Assembly: GCA_951406725.2 (NCBI GenBank)
Contig: OX597824.1
Coordinates: forward strand, 36,828,001 to 36,892,000
Direction of reading: 5' to 3'
DNA: 64,000 nucleotides
DNA from: Octopus vulgaris
Lineage: Eukaryota
Shown: positions 40,175-52,359 of the stretch, piece by piece
Numbering within the stretch: position 1 is the stretch's first letter
How the letters are laid out: each line of letters opens with the position of its first letter
Position numbers and translations under genes: made by a program
The notes under the pieces: generated by a model
What the model was told of the DNA's origin: nothing
Database searches by the model: none
Seen by the model: the letters and a program-made list of their open reading frames with translations, nothing else

Positions 40175-40632
40175 CATCGCCCTTTTCAAGCCTAGCCAGG
40201 CTCATGGGCCCAGTTTCCTGGTTTCTGTAGCATATGTGTACCTCCCAGCTGGACGGGATGCCAGTCCATCACAGCATTACTCAAGAAACAGGAAGAGAGA
40301 GTGAGAAAATGTTGTGACGAAAGAGTACAACAGGGGTCGCCACCACCCCCCTACTGGAGCCTCGTGAAGCTTTTAGGTGTAATAAATATTCCTTCTTGAA
40401 CCATGCTAGGCTCATAAGCGCCAGTCTCCCGGTTTCAGTGGCGTAGAAATTCCTCACCTGGACAGGACGCTGGTCCGTCACAGGATTGCTCATCTTTGCC
40501 AGGTGAGCAGACTGGAGCAACATGAAAATGAAGTGTTTTGCTCAACAACACAACGCATCGCCCGGTCCAGGAATCAAAACCACAACCTTACGATCATGAG
40601 TTTAACACCCTAACCACTAAGCCACGTGCCTC
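40175..40632 (-). mobile_element. SINE family C (with extended/duplicated tail)
   Basis: Nearly the same sequence as 1448-1706. Confidence 0.85.
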
Positions 40633-40793
40633 CCCAAAACAACCTAATAATAGCAATTAAATAACAGCATTAGCAAAACTAGGTGGGGTGGAGCAAAAAA
40701 CAGAAGCTTTACAAAGAAAAAACATAAAAGCAAAACAAAAATAGAAAAGTGATCTTTTTTATTTTTTAAAAAAGTAATATGTTTATTCCTTAC

Positions 40794-41033
40794 CTGGAAT
40801 CGTGTCAGCTCTTTGACAAAAGGATTTGTTGAGTTATACATTAGTTCAAATAACTGATCTTGTTGAACATCCTTATTTTTCTCAAGGAATCCTTGTGCTT
40901 TGTATACTACAGCACCTGCATAGTGTTTGATTCCAAACTCCACTTCCCAGCATCGACGATCTTGTCCTTTTATGTAATATGGATTGTTACTTAATTCCTG
41001 ATGTTGTTTATTTAAATAGGATTTGTCAGTACC
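40794..41033 (-). CDS. Myosin motor domain exon
   Basis: cag|GTDKSYLNKQHQELSNNPYYIKGQDRRCWEVEFGIKHYAGAVVYKAQGFLEKNKDVQQDQLFELMYNSTNPFVKELTRFQ|gtaagg. 240 bp, with FxIxHYAG and FLEKNxD motifs; lies within ORF 40644..41108. Confidence 0.97.
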
Positions 41034-41141
41034 CTGAATAAAAAAAATAAAAAACAAAAACAAATCACATACAATATCCAGTATTTCCTGACATATCTCC
41101 CAAGACATTTATTATTGTTCTTCTTCTTTCTTTATTATTAC

Positions 41142-41708
41142 TGAGGGAGAAAGCAGAGCATGCCATCAAAGTGACACTGGGGTAAAATATATGAAGCCCA
41201 GTATACCCATCATGACTACCCATCTGATAAGGGTACATCAAGCAGATGCATCACAACCATACATGCATGACATAGTCATCTCATATCAAGATTAACGATG
41301 CATGACCTTGCAGGTGGGGCCCAGTTAGAATTTTCTTCTGGTCGAGTATCCCTTCCTGGTTCTTGAATAAGGGTTGTTTAAGGATGTTGAATGAAACACC
41401 CATGTTTCCAGAGGTGAATTATCCAAACCTCAAAGAATTCCTCTCAGCACATGGCTATGATGATCCCCCACTACTTCTGCTCATGATCAGTGATGCACAT
41501 ATCGTCAGCCACTAAGGGACATGCTCAACTGATTACGGTCGAACAACTGACAAGCAAGTCTGTGGTATTGAGCAAAATATTTGCTGTAGCCCATCTTTTA
41601 TACCAAGACAAAACAATGTACATGATAACACTTCCAATCAGTTAAGATGAGAAACTATCAGAGTAAGATGAGAAGCCATGAGAGTAAGATCAGAAGTCAT
41701 GAGAGGCA
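41142..41708 (-). mobile_element. Family D non-LTR 3' end, second copy
   Basis: Aligns by eye with 35721-36186 and is adjacent to a long (ATT)n. Confidence 0.7.
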
Positions 41709-41747
41709 TTATTATTATTATTATTATTACTATTATTATCATTATTA

Positions 41748-41811
<64 letters not shown>

Positions 41812-43577
41812 TATTATCATTATTATATTTATTATTATTATTATTATTATTATTAAGGCAACAAGTTGGCAGAATGATTAGCACGCCAGGCAAAATTTTT
41901 AACAGCATTTTGTCCGTCTTTACATTCTGAGTTCAACAGCTGGTGATGAAATGAGAATGGAAATGATGAGTGACAGTCTCAACAGTCTGGAGTTGCTGCC
42001 AAAAACCACTTTTATATAAGGCTTAGTGAGAAACTTCTAGAAGGTTGAATCATGAAACAGCTTAATGCTGATGGGTTGGTTAATTGGCTGAACACATAAA
42101 ACTGCTATGGATTGGCTGTGATGCCAACTCAGATATGCTGCAATTCTATTTCAAATCTGCTACACCTTCAACATACCTTTTCCGATAAATAACAGACCAT
42201 TAATATTTTCTTCAAGTTTACCAATATTAAGTTGTGTAATATCTGATTATCTTTTCTAAGTAGTACACATCTCAAGATGTATACTTCTTATTTAGAGTCA
42301 GAAAATGGCCCTGAACAGGAAGTATATCTTGAGACATACATGCAGGCACAAGTTCTATGCAGACATGACTGCTGTGCTGTAATTAAGGGATTATTCAGCA
42401 ACTGCAAGATAGTTCTGTATTTGGTTCCATTGCAGAACACTTTGGGCAAGTGTCTTCAGCTACAAGCCTCACATTAAATATCTTTGACTGAAAAATGGTA
42501 AAAAAAAATCTGCAGAATTCATCCAATTGTATATGCACGCATATGCACACGCACGCGCGCACGTGCACGTGTACGTACGTACATACATACATACATACAT
42601 ACATACATACATACATACATACATACATACATACATACATACATACATACATACATACATACATACATACATACATACATACATACATACATACACACAC
42701 GTGTACATATGTTCATACATACATATATATTCATTACTGACGTATATCAGAGAAAAATGCAAACATAAGTGAGAAAACTGTAAAAGCTGGTGCTTATGAA
42801 AAAGTCCTTGAGATATTTGTTTTGTGCTGATTTACAACCACTCCCTTGATATTTTCACAATCAGAAGTGGAGTGAACCAGAAACTAACTCATTGGAAACC
42901 TGCAGTTAATTATAATGTATGCAACTTCCAAACCAAAATAATACATAAAACAAAGGAAGCCATCATAAGAAATTGACTGAGGTTTTCTTTGTTCAAACTT
43001 TATGAAAGGCAAATTAAATTCATATTTGATTGTCTGTATACAACACCAAGTGGTCGTAACTTCTAAATACAGTTGGATGTTATTGGATAAGTGAAAGCCA
43101 TTCTTTTCAGCAACTGCAGGCAAGGGAGACTACTCCAATTTATTTTTGCCAACGTTACCAGCCATTCAGTGACTGGTCATTTGTAACTTATGACAGTATT
43201 GTAAAAGTACTAGTTCCCATCACATGACCCTAACTTAACGATATGAATGAGACCCATTTACTATCCAAAGACAACCAACATTATTTAGAGACTGGAATTA
43301 AGTTGCCACTCAGTGTTATCAGTGAATCCAAGTTAATCTGATAATAAATATATATTTCCTCTCCATGCCAAATATTGAGTACTCCCATGTTTTGCCAATA
43401 TACTCTCTGAAGAACATCATAAAAACAAGAAAACTGATACAAAAAAAATGTGCTTTATACATGAAGTCCTTGAACATATTTGTTCTGTGCTTAGTGGCAT
43501 ACACTCCACTGTCTATATCCCCTCAAGAAATACAATAAAACAGTGAATAGCCTGTTGGAAGCCTGCAACCATTAGCA

Positions 43578-44072
43578 TTAGGCATTTGCCATATTCTGAA
43601 CGTCTTACTTCCCTGGGCATGGATACATTGAAACTCCGACGTCTGGCAGCTGACTTGGTAGACACCCATAAAATTATTAACCATCTTACAAATAATAACT
43701 CTGAGCACCTTTTTAAACTCCATCTGTCTAACACCCATAGACATGTTTACATAGTCAGAAAGCAGCACAGCTCCCATGACTTTCGGAAACATTTTTTTAT
43801 GCTAAGGGTTGCTGAAGCATGGAACAAACTGCTGTCATCAGTTGTTAGTTGTCGGAGCACTGCCTCCTTCAAAACTTCCATGCTTCCTGAGATTCGCCAA
43901 CACTACACCTGATTTTCTCCCCTCCATACACACGCAAGCATGTATCTGACTCATACACTGTTCACTTTGCAGACATTTGTACATTACCGCATATTCTTTA
44001 CATGCACTTTTGACAAGCTGTGGTGCACCTGAGCACTGTATACAATAATTTTATTATTATTATTATTATTAT
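43578..44072 (+). mobile_element. CR1-like LINE 3' end with (ATT)n tail
   Basis: LPYSERLTSLGMDTLKLRRLAADLV...FRKHFF..RVAEAWNKL is the CR1 ORF2 C-terminal signature. Confidence 0.88.
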
Positions 44073-44983
44073 TGTACCATAATATAAAATAATATAAAAC
44101 ACCACTAGCACCGCATTTAAACTAAATAACATTTCAGACTACAACTCCATAAAAGCCATTTATTTGATTATTAAACTTTACTTCCCAAAACACTACTCAT
44201 CATAGTTACAATTGCTACATCTGTTTATGCTCCTCTCAATGAGCAAACTGTACCAGCTAGCCTGCCAAAGTCCACCCAAAACACTAAATTCTTTCAGACA
44301 ATTCTTCATCCTAAGAAATGTAACCCAGAGAAAGATTATTCGTTGTCACCACTTGTAGGTCAGTGGTTTTAGGAGAAACAAATCTAAACATGAAAACATA
44401 TTTTATATATATTTATATAAGATAAGGATTCAGATAATCATGGGGTTAGTGCAGAAAGCTCCTCTAATGGACTCAGCTATCAGACAACATAGAAATCCAG
44501 TACAGAGAAGTATAATGTAGAGCAGTGGTTCCTAAATATAAAAAACACAGTTGACCTCATCAAGATTTGAACTTATACTATTGCTCACTTCTAAATGTCC
44601 TTTCTACTATAAGCACAGGGCTGAAATTTTGGGATAGGAGTAAAGTTGATTAGATTGACCCCAATGTTCAAGGAGTACTTCATTTTATCAACCCCCGAAA
44701 GGATGTAAGTCAAAGCCTACCTCAGTGGCATTTGAACTTAGGGCATAAAGCCAGAAGAAATTATCCTTGGATCGCAGGGTGACCTGCTATGCTTGAGGAG
44801 ACCTACTGAGTCAAGTACATCAACATCAAAATAAAAATCAAATAGAAACTGTAGTTGTGATACCCATGCTGGTGGCACACAAAAAGCACCATCCAAACGT
44901 GGCCGATGCCAGTGCCTCCTTAACTGGCGTCCGTGCCGGCGGCATGTAAAAAGCACCAACCAATCATAGCCGTTGCCAGCCTC

Positions 44984-45028
<45 letters not shown>

Positions 45029-45133
45029 CAAGATATGCATCCAGAGAATCATGGGGTTATCACAGAAAGCTCCTCTAATGAACTCAGCTATCAGACAACA
45101 TAGTAATCCAATACAGAGAAGTATAATATAGAG

Positions 45134-45372
45134 CAGTGGTTACCAAACTATTTGGGGCTGCTGCTCCCTTGGCATCCAGGCTGCATCCACCCCACCCCAC
45201 CCCTGGTCACCATCACAAATTCAAAACAACTGTATTTCATAAATTAACCTAATTAATCTATTATTTTGTTGTTTTCACATCACCCCATTATCACCCCCAC
45301 TTTTCTTCAATGCCCCCTGGATCTTTCCGCCAACTGCAGGAGGTGCAGTACTGCCCACTTTGGGAACCACTG
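45134..45372. mobile_element. hAT-type MITE
   Basis: TIRs CAGTGGTTACCAAA / TTTGGGAACCACTG, with 8-bp TSD-like ATATAGAG / ATGTAAAG. Confidence 0.8.
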
Positions 45373-45844
45373 ATGTAAAGCGTTCATGCAGTTGAAATCC
45401 AGATGATCCAATCAATGAAATTATTTTATGAGGAGTATATAAACCATAAAAAGCCAGAAGATATGAGAGATGAACATATTAGACAGATATATGTCATGTG
45501 ATTAAATGTATTCATCTTTCACACCGTTTGGCTATTTATGGTTTATATGTACATGTGAAGGTGCCTGGCCTAGTGGTTAGAGTGTTATAGTCATGATCGA
45601 TAGATTGTGGGTTCAATTCCCAGTTTGGGCAGCACATTGTATTCTTGAGCAAAACACTTCATTTCATGTTGCTCCAGTCCACTCATCTGTAAATGGGTAA
45701 CCCTGCAATGTAATAGCCTCTCAATCAGGGGAAATGTTGGCCTGTTGGCTGGCATCATTCAAAGCACATGGTGACCAGTAATACATAACAACATCCAATA
45801 GTCTGGCTGATACCCTTATATATATATAAGGATTTTATCCTATA

Positions 45845-46240
45845 CTAGCAGTATCGCCCAGCGTTGCTCGGGTTTGTAAGGGAAATAACTATAAAGCATT
45901 TTTAGAGAGTTATAGCCAAAAAATAGCAAAAAAATGCATTAAAAATGGGAAAAAATGATGGTAAATTTTTTTTTAAATCGTTGATTCATCGTAGACATTT
46001 TTAGAGAGTTACTTCCCTTATATAATAGCGAAAAAATGCATTAAAATGAAAAAAAATGATGGTAAATTATTTTTAAAATCATAGACTCATCGTAGAAACG
46101 CGCTAATACCCAGAAGGGCTCGATATGAATCACGACTATAAGATACCCGGTTTTGGTTAAACTGCACCGCAAAATGTGGGAGTAGTTAGGAATCTAAATC
46201 GTAGGAGACAGACACACAACTTGACTTTTATATATAAAGA
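45845..46240 (-). mobile_element. Non-autonomous Helitron
   Basis: On minus: 5' TC(TTTATATATAAAAG), 3' hairpin CCCGAGCAACGCTGGG followed by CTAG, inserted between A and T. Contains an internal tandem duplication of about 110 bp. Confidence 0.82.
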
Positions 46241-46324
46241 TATATATATAAGGATTGTATCCTATATATGCTGTTCTATCAGTACTTATGCGTTGAAAAA
46301 ATATATCTTTCTACTTGTACTATA

Positions 46325-46834
46325 AGAAGTAATGTTTATTGACACTTTAACTTGGCTGTTTCATAGGAACCGATGTTACTACCATTTTAACCCCAGGAGG
46401 ACGCCTCCTCTAGCTGGTTATTCAATGCAATCTGCACCTGATATTATTGCAAGCAGGGAAGCGAACTCCTACAACTTTTCTGCAACGGGACCACCAGACT
46501 GTACAGTTTCGAGCTCTTTGTGCTCATCATCAGTGGTGGATAGTCATCTGCTAGAGATAGCAGTAAATCGCTCCAGCTTGCAATATATAGAAAATAAGGG
46601 ACAAGCAGTCACTGATTTTGTAACAAGCAAATTAGCTAATTAAAAAAATCTATATAAAAGTTGAAAACAGTAACTATACTGAGAATTAATGTTAATCACC
46701 AATTCAACATAGCTGTTCCATGGGAAGATTGCATCGAATAACCAGCTGGAGGAGGCGTCCGCCTGGGGTTAAAATGGAAGTTACGTTGGTTCCTACAGAA
46801 CAGCCATGTTAAATTGACGATAAACGTTACTTCT
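46325..46834. mobile_element. Inverted-repeat element (about 109-bp arms) enclosing a hammerhead ribozyme
   Basis: 46325-46433 is the reverse complement of 46726-46834 (diverged). Confidence 0.85.
46491..46539 (-). ncRNA. Type I hammerhead ribozyme (best-formed copy in the window)
   Basis: CCACCA-CTGATGA-T-GAGC acaaaga GCTC-GAAA-CTGTACAG-TC-TGGTGG. 6-bp stem I, 4-bp stem II, palindromic stem III, GUC site. Confidence 0.9.
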
Positions 46835-48042
46835 CAGAACTGCTTTCATTTCTAACAGAGATTTTCTAACTAGCTAATTTGCTAAACACTAAAATATGTA
46901 TACGTGTGTAGCGTCAGCACAGATCTGTGTGAGTGAGAAAACATCCACAAGAAATAATATATTAAATGCAATCATTTGTGAACTGAAGATTTATTCCGTT
47001 TCTCTGAGTCTCTTCGATATCGACGTCAGCAGCACGTTTGCTTTCAAATGATTAAATGAAGCCAATATAAGTATAAGGGAGATAACTCTGTTATAGTCCT
47101 TTTACGTAGTCCAGTAAACTGCTGAAATGGCTTCTGGGATAATCTGCGACGTTGTTGTTATTGTTTTAGCCCAGTTCAGCCCTTAGCCAGCTGACCATAG
47201 CATTCAGGAAATAATTTGAACAACTAGTTGTAATCTACAAATCTACAGTCATAGCTATATCCATGCCTCATCCATCTAGTTGATGACAACAATGATAGGA
47301 GTTGCAGTGTGACAAAAAGGCGTCTTTTTCCCTTCATTCTCCTTGTTCTATTTTTGTAAGTCTCTAGGTGTTGGTGGTGATGACACCAGTGGAGCGGGAG
47401 GCAATTAAGTTAATTAGTCAGGCTACAGAAGTGATTTCTTTTCTTCCTTTGTCACAATTAGCATGACTTTCTGTTAAAGCAGTTACTGATGCTGTTACTG
47501 TTATTTTTGTAGTGTTCAAGTTTTCTGTTTGTCTCAACAGAAACGGAGACTAACTTTCTTTATATAACTGCTTGATGATGTATTGCAGTGTATTATGAAG
47601 TACTGTGGGTATGTCTCTGTATTAATGGGAAGGAGGATGACTTGTCCATAGAGTGGCATGGGCCGTGAAGAGTAAAGCTTCCTGCAACAACAAACTATGT
47701 CCTCAGAAGATTGGTAAAACTGATTTCCTACATTTTATTATGATTAAATATGTCTACGAATTACTGGTGGAAAGTACCATTCTAAAGACACACTGGAGTA
47801 TACTGGGGTACACATCTAACAAAGATGTTCTTGCTAAGAAGCCAGTTTAAACTAAACAGTTAAGTTTGAAATACAATGGACCATCTAAATTTCTATGTTT
47901 TCTATCTTGGTTATATAAAACAGTAAGAAATGCAGAATAGTTTATAAACAATATCTTTAGACTTTTTTTTTGTTTTGCTTTTGAACAAAAACTACTTCAC
48001 ATTTCCTGATAATATATAGGAAAAAAATGTAAGGAAATTTAC

Positions 48043-48093
48043 CTGAGGAAATCGGCATTCTTCATCTAATATTTTTAATATGCATCGGGGTGC
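48043..48093 (-). CDS. Myosin motor domain exon
   Basis: cag|APRCILKILDEECRFPQ|gtaaat. 51 bp, phase 0/0, myosin ILxLLDEExxFP motif. Confidence 0.95.
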
Positions 48094-49458
48094 CTGGAAA
48101 ATTAAGAAGCAGTTTCAGAATGATCAGTAATGCAACAATAAGAATAATGATTTTAATACACATGATAATATGTTGATAATAATTAGCTATTTATTGAATA
48201 AATCTCAGTGATGTGGAGACAGAAGACCTGCATACATGGGTTAGCTGTCAGTCTTCCTCAAAAAGAAAAGTAAAAATTCCTAGCTAGGCCTGCACATATG
48301 TGTAAAAGCATGAGCAATGTTGACTTTCAGAGGTCCTGTAATATAATCACTAAACTCTAAAGCCTTTTTGAGGGTTGTTGAAGCTTATCTCTGGTTTCAT
48401 AACATCAAACAGTTGAAAGACAAATACCCTCTGAATATGATGTTGGACCACCTCAAGTAAACAGATATATTGATGCTTATTGCCATAACTCAGTGAAATG
48501 GTCCAATGTGGAATAAAGATGTTTCAAAAAAACAAATTACCTTATCATCTTAGTAACACCTATTTCTCAGATATTTTAAGTTCAGAGTAGTAAATGCTTA
48601 TCATTAACAGTATAGAGTGACAAGTCCACAAAAGCTCAGTCTAGTTTTATAGTCACATAGATGAGTGCAGAAGTAGATATCAGCATATGAGATACAATCA
48701 AGAAGACAGCAGTCAAAATAAACCCACTTTTATGATCAAGTACACGGATTATAAGACAGAGATATTAAAGTTTATCTGCAATGTTTGACAAGGTGAAATT
48801 GCAACATTCATCTTGATAAGTGAGCTGATGTTCACTGTTTCTATTTTTTTATATTTTCCATCACCCTTAATACTTTAGTATAAAAGAAGTGAAGTAACTG
48901 TTCACATAATGTGATCAATGTGTTAACTTTACTGAAAAGAAAAACACTGTGAAACAATATTTAGGAAAACCAAAGAAAAGTAAGGAAGATGACTCAAAAT
49001 AAAACAAGAAAAATATCTTCTTTTTAATGAGTCAATGCAGCAAAGTATTAATTAATTGAAATTGGAAATATGTGTGTAGTGGGGGTGGATAAGCCTGATC
49101 TTATTTAACATGCTCAGGGACAACCCTTGGAGATGTTACATCCATGAAAAGAGTTAACTTCAACAATACTGAGTTTATTAACATGTTGTCAATGGTGAAC
49201 TAACTATATGTGACCTCCTTACAGCTAGATAGACTGAGTCATTGGAAGTTAAATCTGTTTATTAGAGACACAACCATCACCAGTCATTATTTAGGATCTT
49301 TCAAATAAGCTGGTATTTAATCAAATAAACTTCATGAATAGTTATGTATGGAGATATATAACAAAGAGTCACAGGAATAATAAAAACTCAATCACAAACC
49401 ATAAACAGAATTGACTCATTTCTAGAAGGAAGACTAGAACCATCAAATTATTATTTAC

Positions 49459-49533
49459 CTTTTCAATGAGTTCCACACACAAACTATTATCCGTATAATT
49501 TATATGGGAAAAGCAGATTTCTTCTTTATCATA
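49459..49533 (-). CDS. Myosin motor domain exon
   Basis: tag|YDKEEICFSHINYTDNSLCVELIEK|gtaaat. 75 bp, phase 0/0, continues the previous exon (myosin YxxEGI..W..I.F.DN..C..LIE equivalent). Confidence 0.95.
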
Positions 49534-49693
49534 CTAAAAAATAGGAAACAAAATTAAACATAATAAACAAAGCAATTAAAAACAGAAAATAATTCATTAA
49601 AATCTTAATTAGTAAACATCAAACAAAAGGTTTCTCCTCTTAACTAATTCTTCTGTATTCTAAATCACTGAAGAAACTTGTAATACTCTCCAT

Positions 49694-50168
49694 CAGGCAT
49701 TTGCCATATTCTGAACGCCTTACTTCCCTGGGCATGGATACATTAGAACTCCGACGTCTGGCAGCTGACTTGGCAGACACCCATAAAATCATTAACCATC
49801 TTACAAACAATAACTCTGAGCACCTTTTCAAAGTCCACCTGTCTAACACCCGTGGACATGTTTACAAAGTCAGAAAGCAGCACAGCTCCCATTTTTTATG
49901 CTAAGAGTTGCTGAAGCATGGAACAAACTGCTGGCATCAGTTCTTAATTGTTGGAGCACTGCATCCTTCAAAACTTCCATGCTTCCTGAGATTCGCCAAC
50001 ACTGCACCTGATTTTCTCCCCTCCATACACACACAAGCATGTATCTGACTTATACACTGTTCACTTTCCAGACATTTGTACATTACTGCATATGCTTTAT
50101 ATGCACTTTTGACAAGATGTGGTTCACCTGAGCACTGTATACAATAATTTCATTATTATTATTATTAT
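49694..50168 (+). mobile_element. CR1-like LINE 3' end, same family as 43578-44072
   Basis: ORF 49701..49904 plus near-identical 3' UTR and (ATT)n tail. Confidence 0.88.
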
Positions 50169-50694
50169 AAAAGATTTACATAGTCCTCTGTCCTTTTAAG
50201 TTCCTGTATATATTTTATTAACATTGATTTCCTCATTGTACCACTCAAGTAACAATCCTCCAACCATGAGTCTATTTGCGTAGTCTGTTGCTGGTGAGGG
50301 TTTTACAAGGCTGGAGTGTAAATCTTACCTCACCCTCTTTTTAGTCACCTTTTACAACACGCAGAGTAAATGATGGATTTATTCTATGATATGCCAAACC
50401 CCACACAGCACATAAGATTTTATGATTGTTGTAGAATTACAAGGTATCATTTGGCAGATTGTAAAATGTGGTTTCTTGTCACTGTAATCTAGAAGTGCTG
50501 TTACAGCACATGCCTCCATACTACTACTTACTACTAATTTCCTCATTATACATTTTTAGGCATAGCTATAATGTTAGAGGAATTGCTTTCACCATCTGGA
50601 TACAGTTCCTGTAGCTCATTAATCAATCATTAAATGAATAAATGAAAGTTGAACCTGATTTCAACCAGGTAGACTGAGGCAAGAAAAGTTATAG

Positions 50695-50888
50695 TCTTGT
50701 TTAGAGGCTCAATTCAGTTAGGGGATGCTAAAGTTTGAGCCTCTGACCATATGATCAAGCTAATCTTTCAGGCATTTCAGAATTTATAACTATCAAAAAC
50801 TACATAGGGGTACACCCACCATATGTATTTTTGTAATTATAATTGTAAGTTTAAGTAAATACAACCATATACGCCAATATTTAGACAT
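50695..50888 (+). repeat. About 190-bp segment duplicated at 53099-53288
   Basis: Near-identical direct copies; the second interrupts a SINE B. Confidence 0.93.
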
Positions 50889-51444
50889 ATTCTTCTTAGT
50901 TCTTTCTCTTCTTAACTCAACGGACTGTACTATCATCTAATTTTCATTAAAAGGACCATTCTAGATGAACCTGAATCTCTTTATCTTAAAACCCCTACAC
51001 ATTCAAACCTTCTATTTTCACTAACCCCAGTCTACCAGGAGTCTCCATCCAACTGTATAATATTATCAAACATAACTCAGTATTTCAGAGGCCAGCTCAC
51101 AGTAAAATACTTATTAATTAAATAATACTATACAAAATAGTATTCAAACTCCAAGTACAAACTTTCCTGCCTCATGCATCTCACCTCCAAATCTAATCCC
51201 TATATGAAACATATCCACTTCCTCAGACATTAATTTATCATTTGTAATCCTTGAACTACTTGTTCAATGCCCCAGCCAAATCTTCTTCAAACACTGTATG
51301 CAGTTATTAAAAAACGAGCCAAGGGAAGTAACTTGAGGTCCGTTAATGTCTCATAAAGAGGAATTAAGAATTTCACAGAAAAATTACAAATAATCATTGC
51401 TCAGAAGAAAATTTGATCTTTATTAGTTGGCACAGTGACAACTA

Positions 51445-51479
51445 TAGACATGTTTCAGTCTTATTATACCTCATCAGTA
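51445..51479 (-). ncRNA. Minimal type I hammerhead ribozyme motif
   Basis: TA-CTGATGA-GGT ataataag ACT-GAAA-CATG-TC-TA. Intact core with very short stems, and AATAAA about 20 nt downstream. Confidence 0.65.
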
Positions 51480-52359
51480 GAACAGAGTTATTTGGAGGCT
51501 GTTGGATTAGTGGATATGGAACAATTTGAGCCAGTTGTAATTTGCAGAATTATGAAAAAACAAAATGTGTTAAGGAAAATGACTCAAGTAGGTTAATAGT
51601 ATGAATTTTGATAATTTAGGTTGATGGGAGAAGACAAAGTGAATGTCATCCATCTCAATGAATTGAAATTTATCTTTAAGTTAGAGAAAGTAGGAATTAT
51701 TCAACCATGTCTAAAATGGAAGTAATAGGTACCTTGTGATCTCAATTCTACTACTTCTACTACCTGGAAACCAGTTCTATAGACATAGTTGGGTTGTTAA
51801 AAAGCTCGCTTTGTAACCGCAGAGTTTTGGGTTCAGTCTCATTGTGTGGCACTTTGGGCAAGTGTATTCTGCTATAACCACATTCTAAATATATGTTTGT
51901 GTGTTTGTGTTTCTTCCTCCCCCCCACCACCACCACTACTTGACAACTGGTATTGGTTTGTTTACTTCCTAATGACTTAAAGGTTTGTCAGAGTACTGGG
52001 GTCAATTTGTTCAATTAAACCATTCAAAACAGTGCCCCAGCATGGCCACTGAGACAAGTAAGGAATAAAAATTGAAGAATCTGTTTTTTTTCTTCCCATT
52101 TACACATAATGCTAACATCAGTTTTGACCCATATGCAAAAATAAGGTATATCCAAGAGCCTTATTACTAAACAGTTATATCATTGTCCAGTCTAAGAGGA
52201 CCTAATGAAAATATATTGGTCACTGATCCTAACTGTCATTATTAGATTTAGCAGTGTCAGGAGCTGCCTTAGCTTCATGGTACAGAACACTCAGCTGGCA
52301 ACTGAGGGGTGCTGGGTTCAATTCTATGTAGCCACCTACTGGTAACTTTTGAAAAAGTC

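Noticed and set aside
46890-47160. CpG-richer patch with GACGTCA; also TAATCC/TAAT cluster at 53630-53800 (possible enhancers)
   Set aside because: Short motifs alone are expected by chance, and there is no supporting evidence in the sequence.
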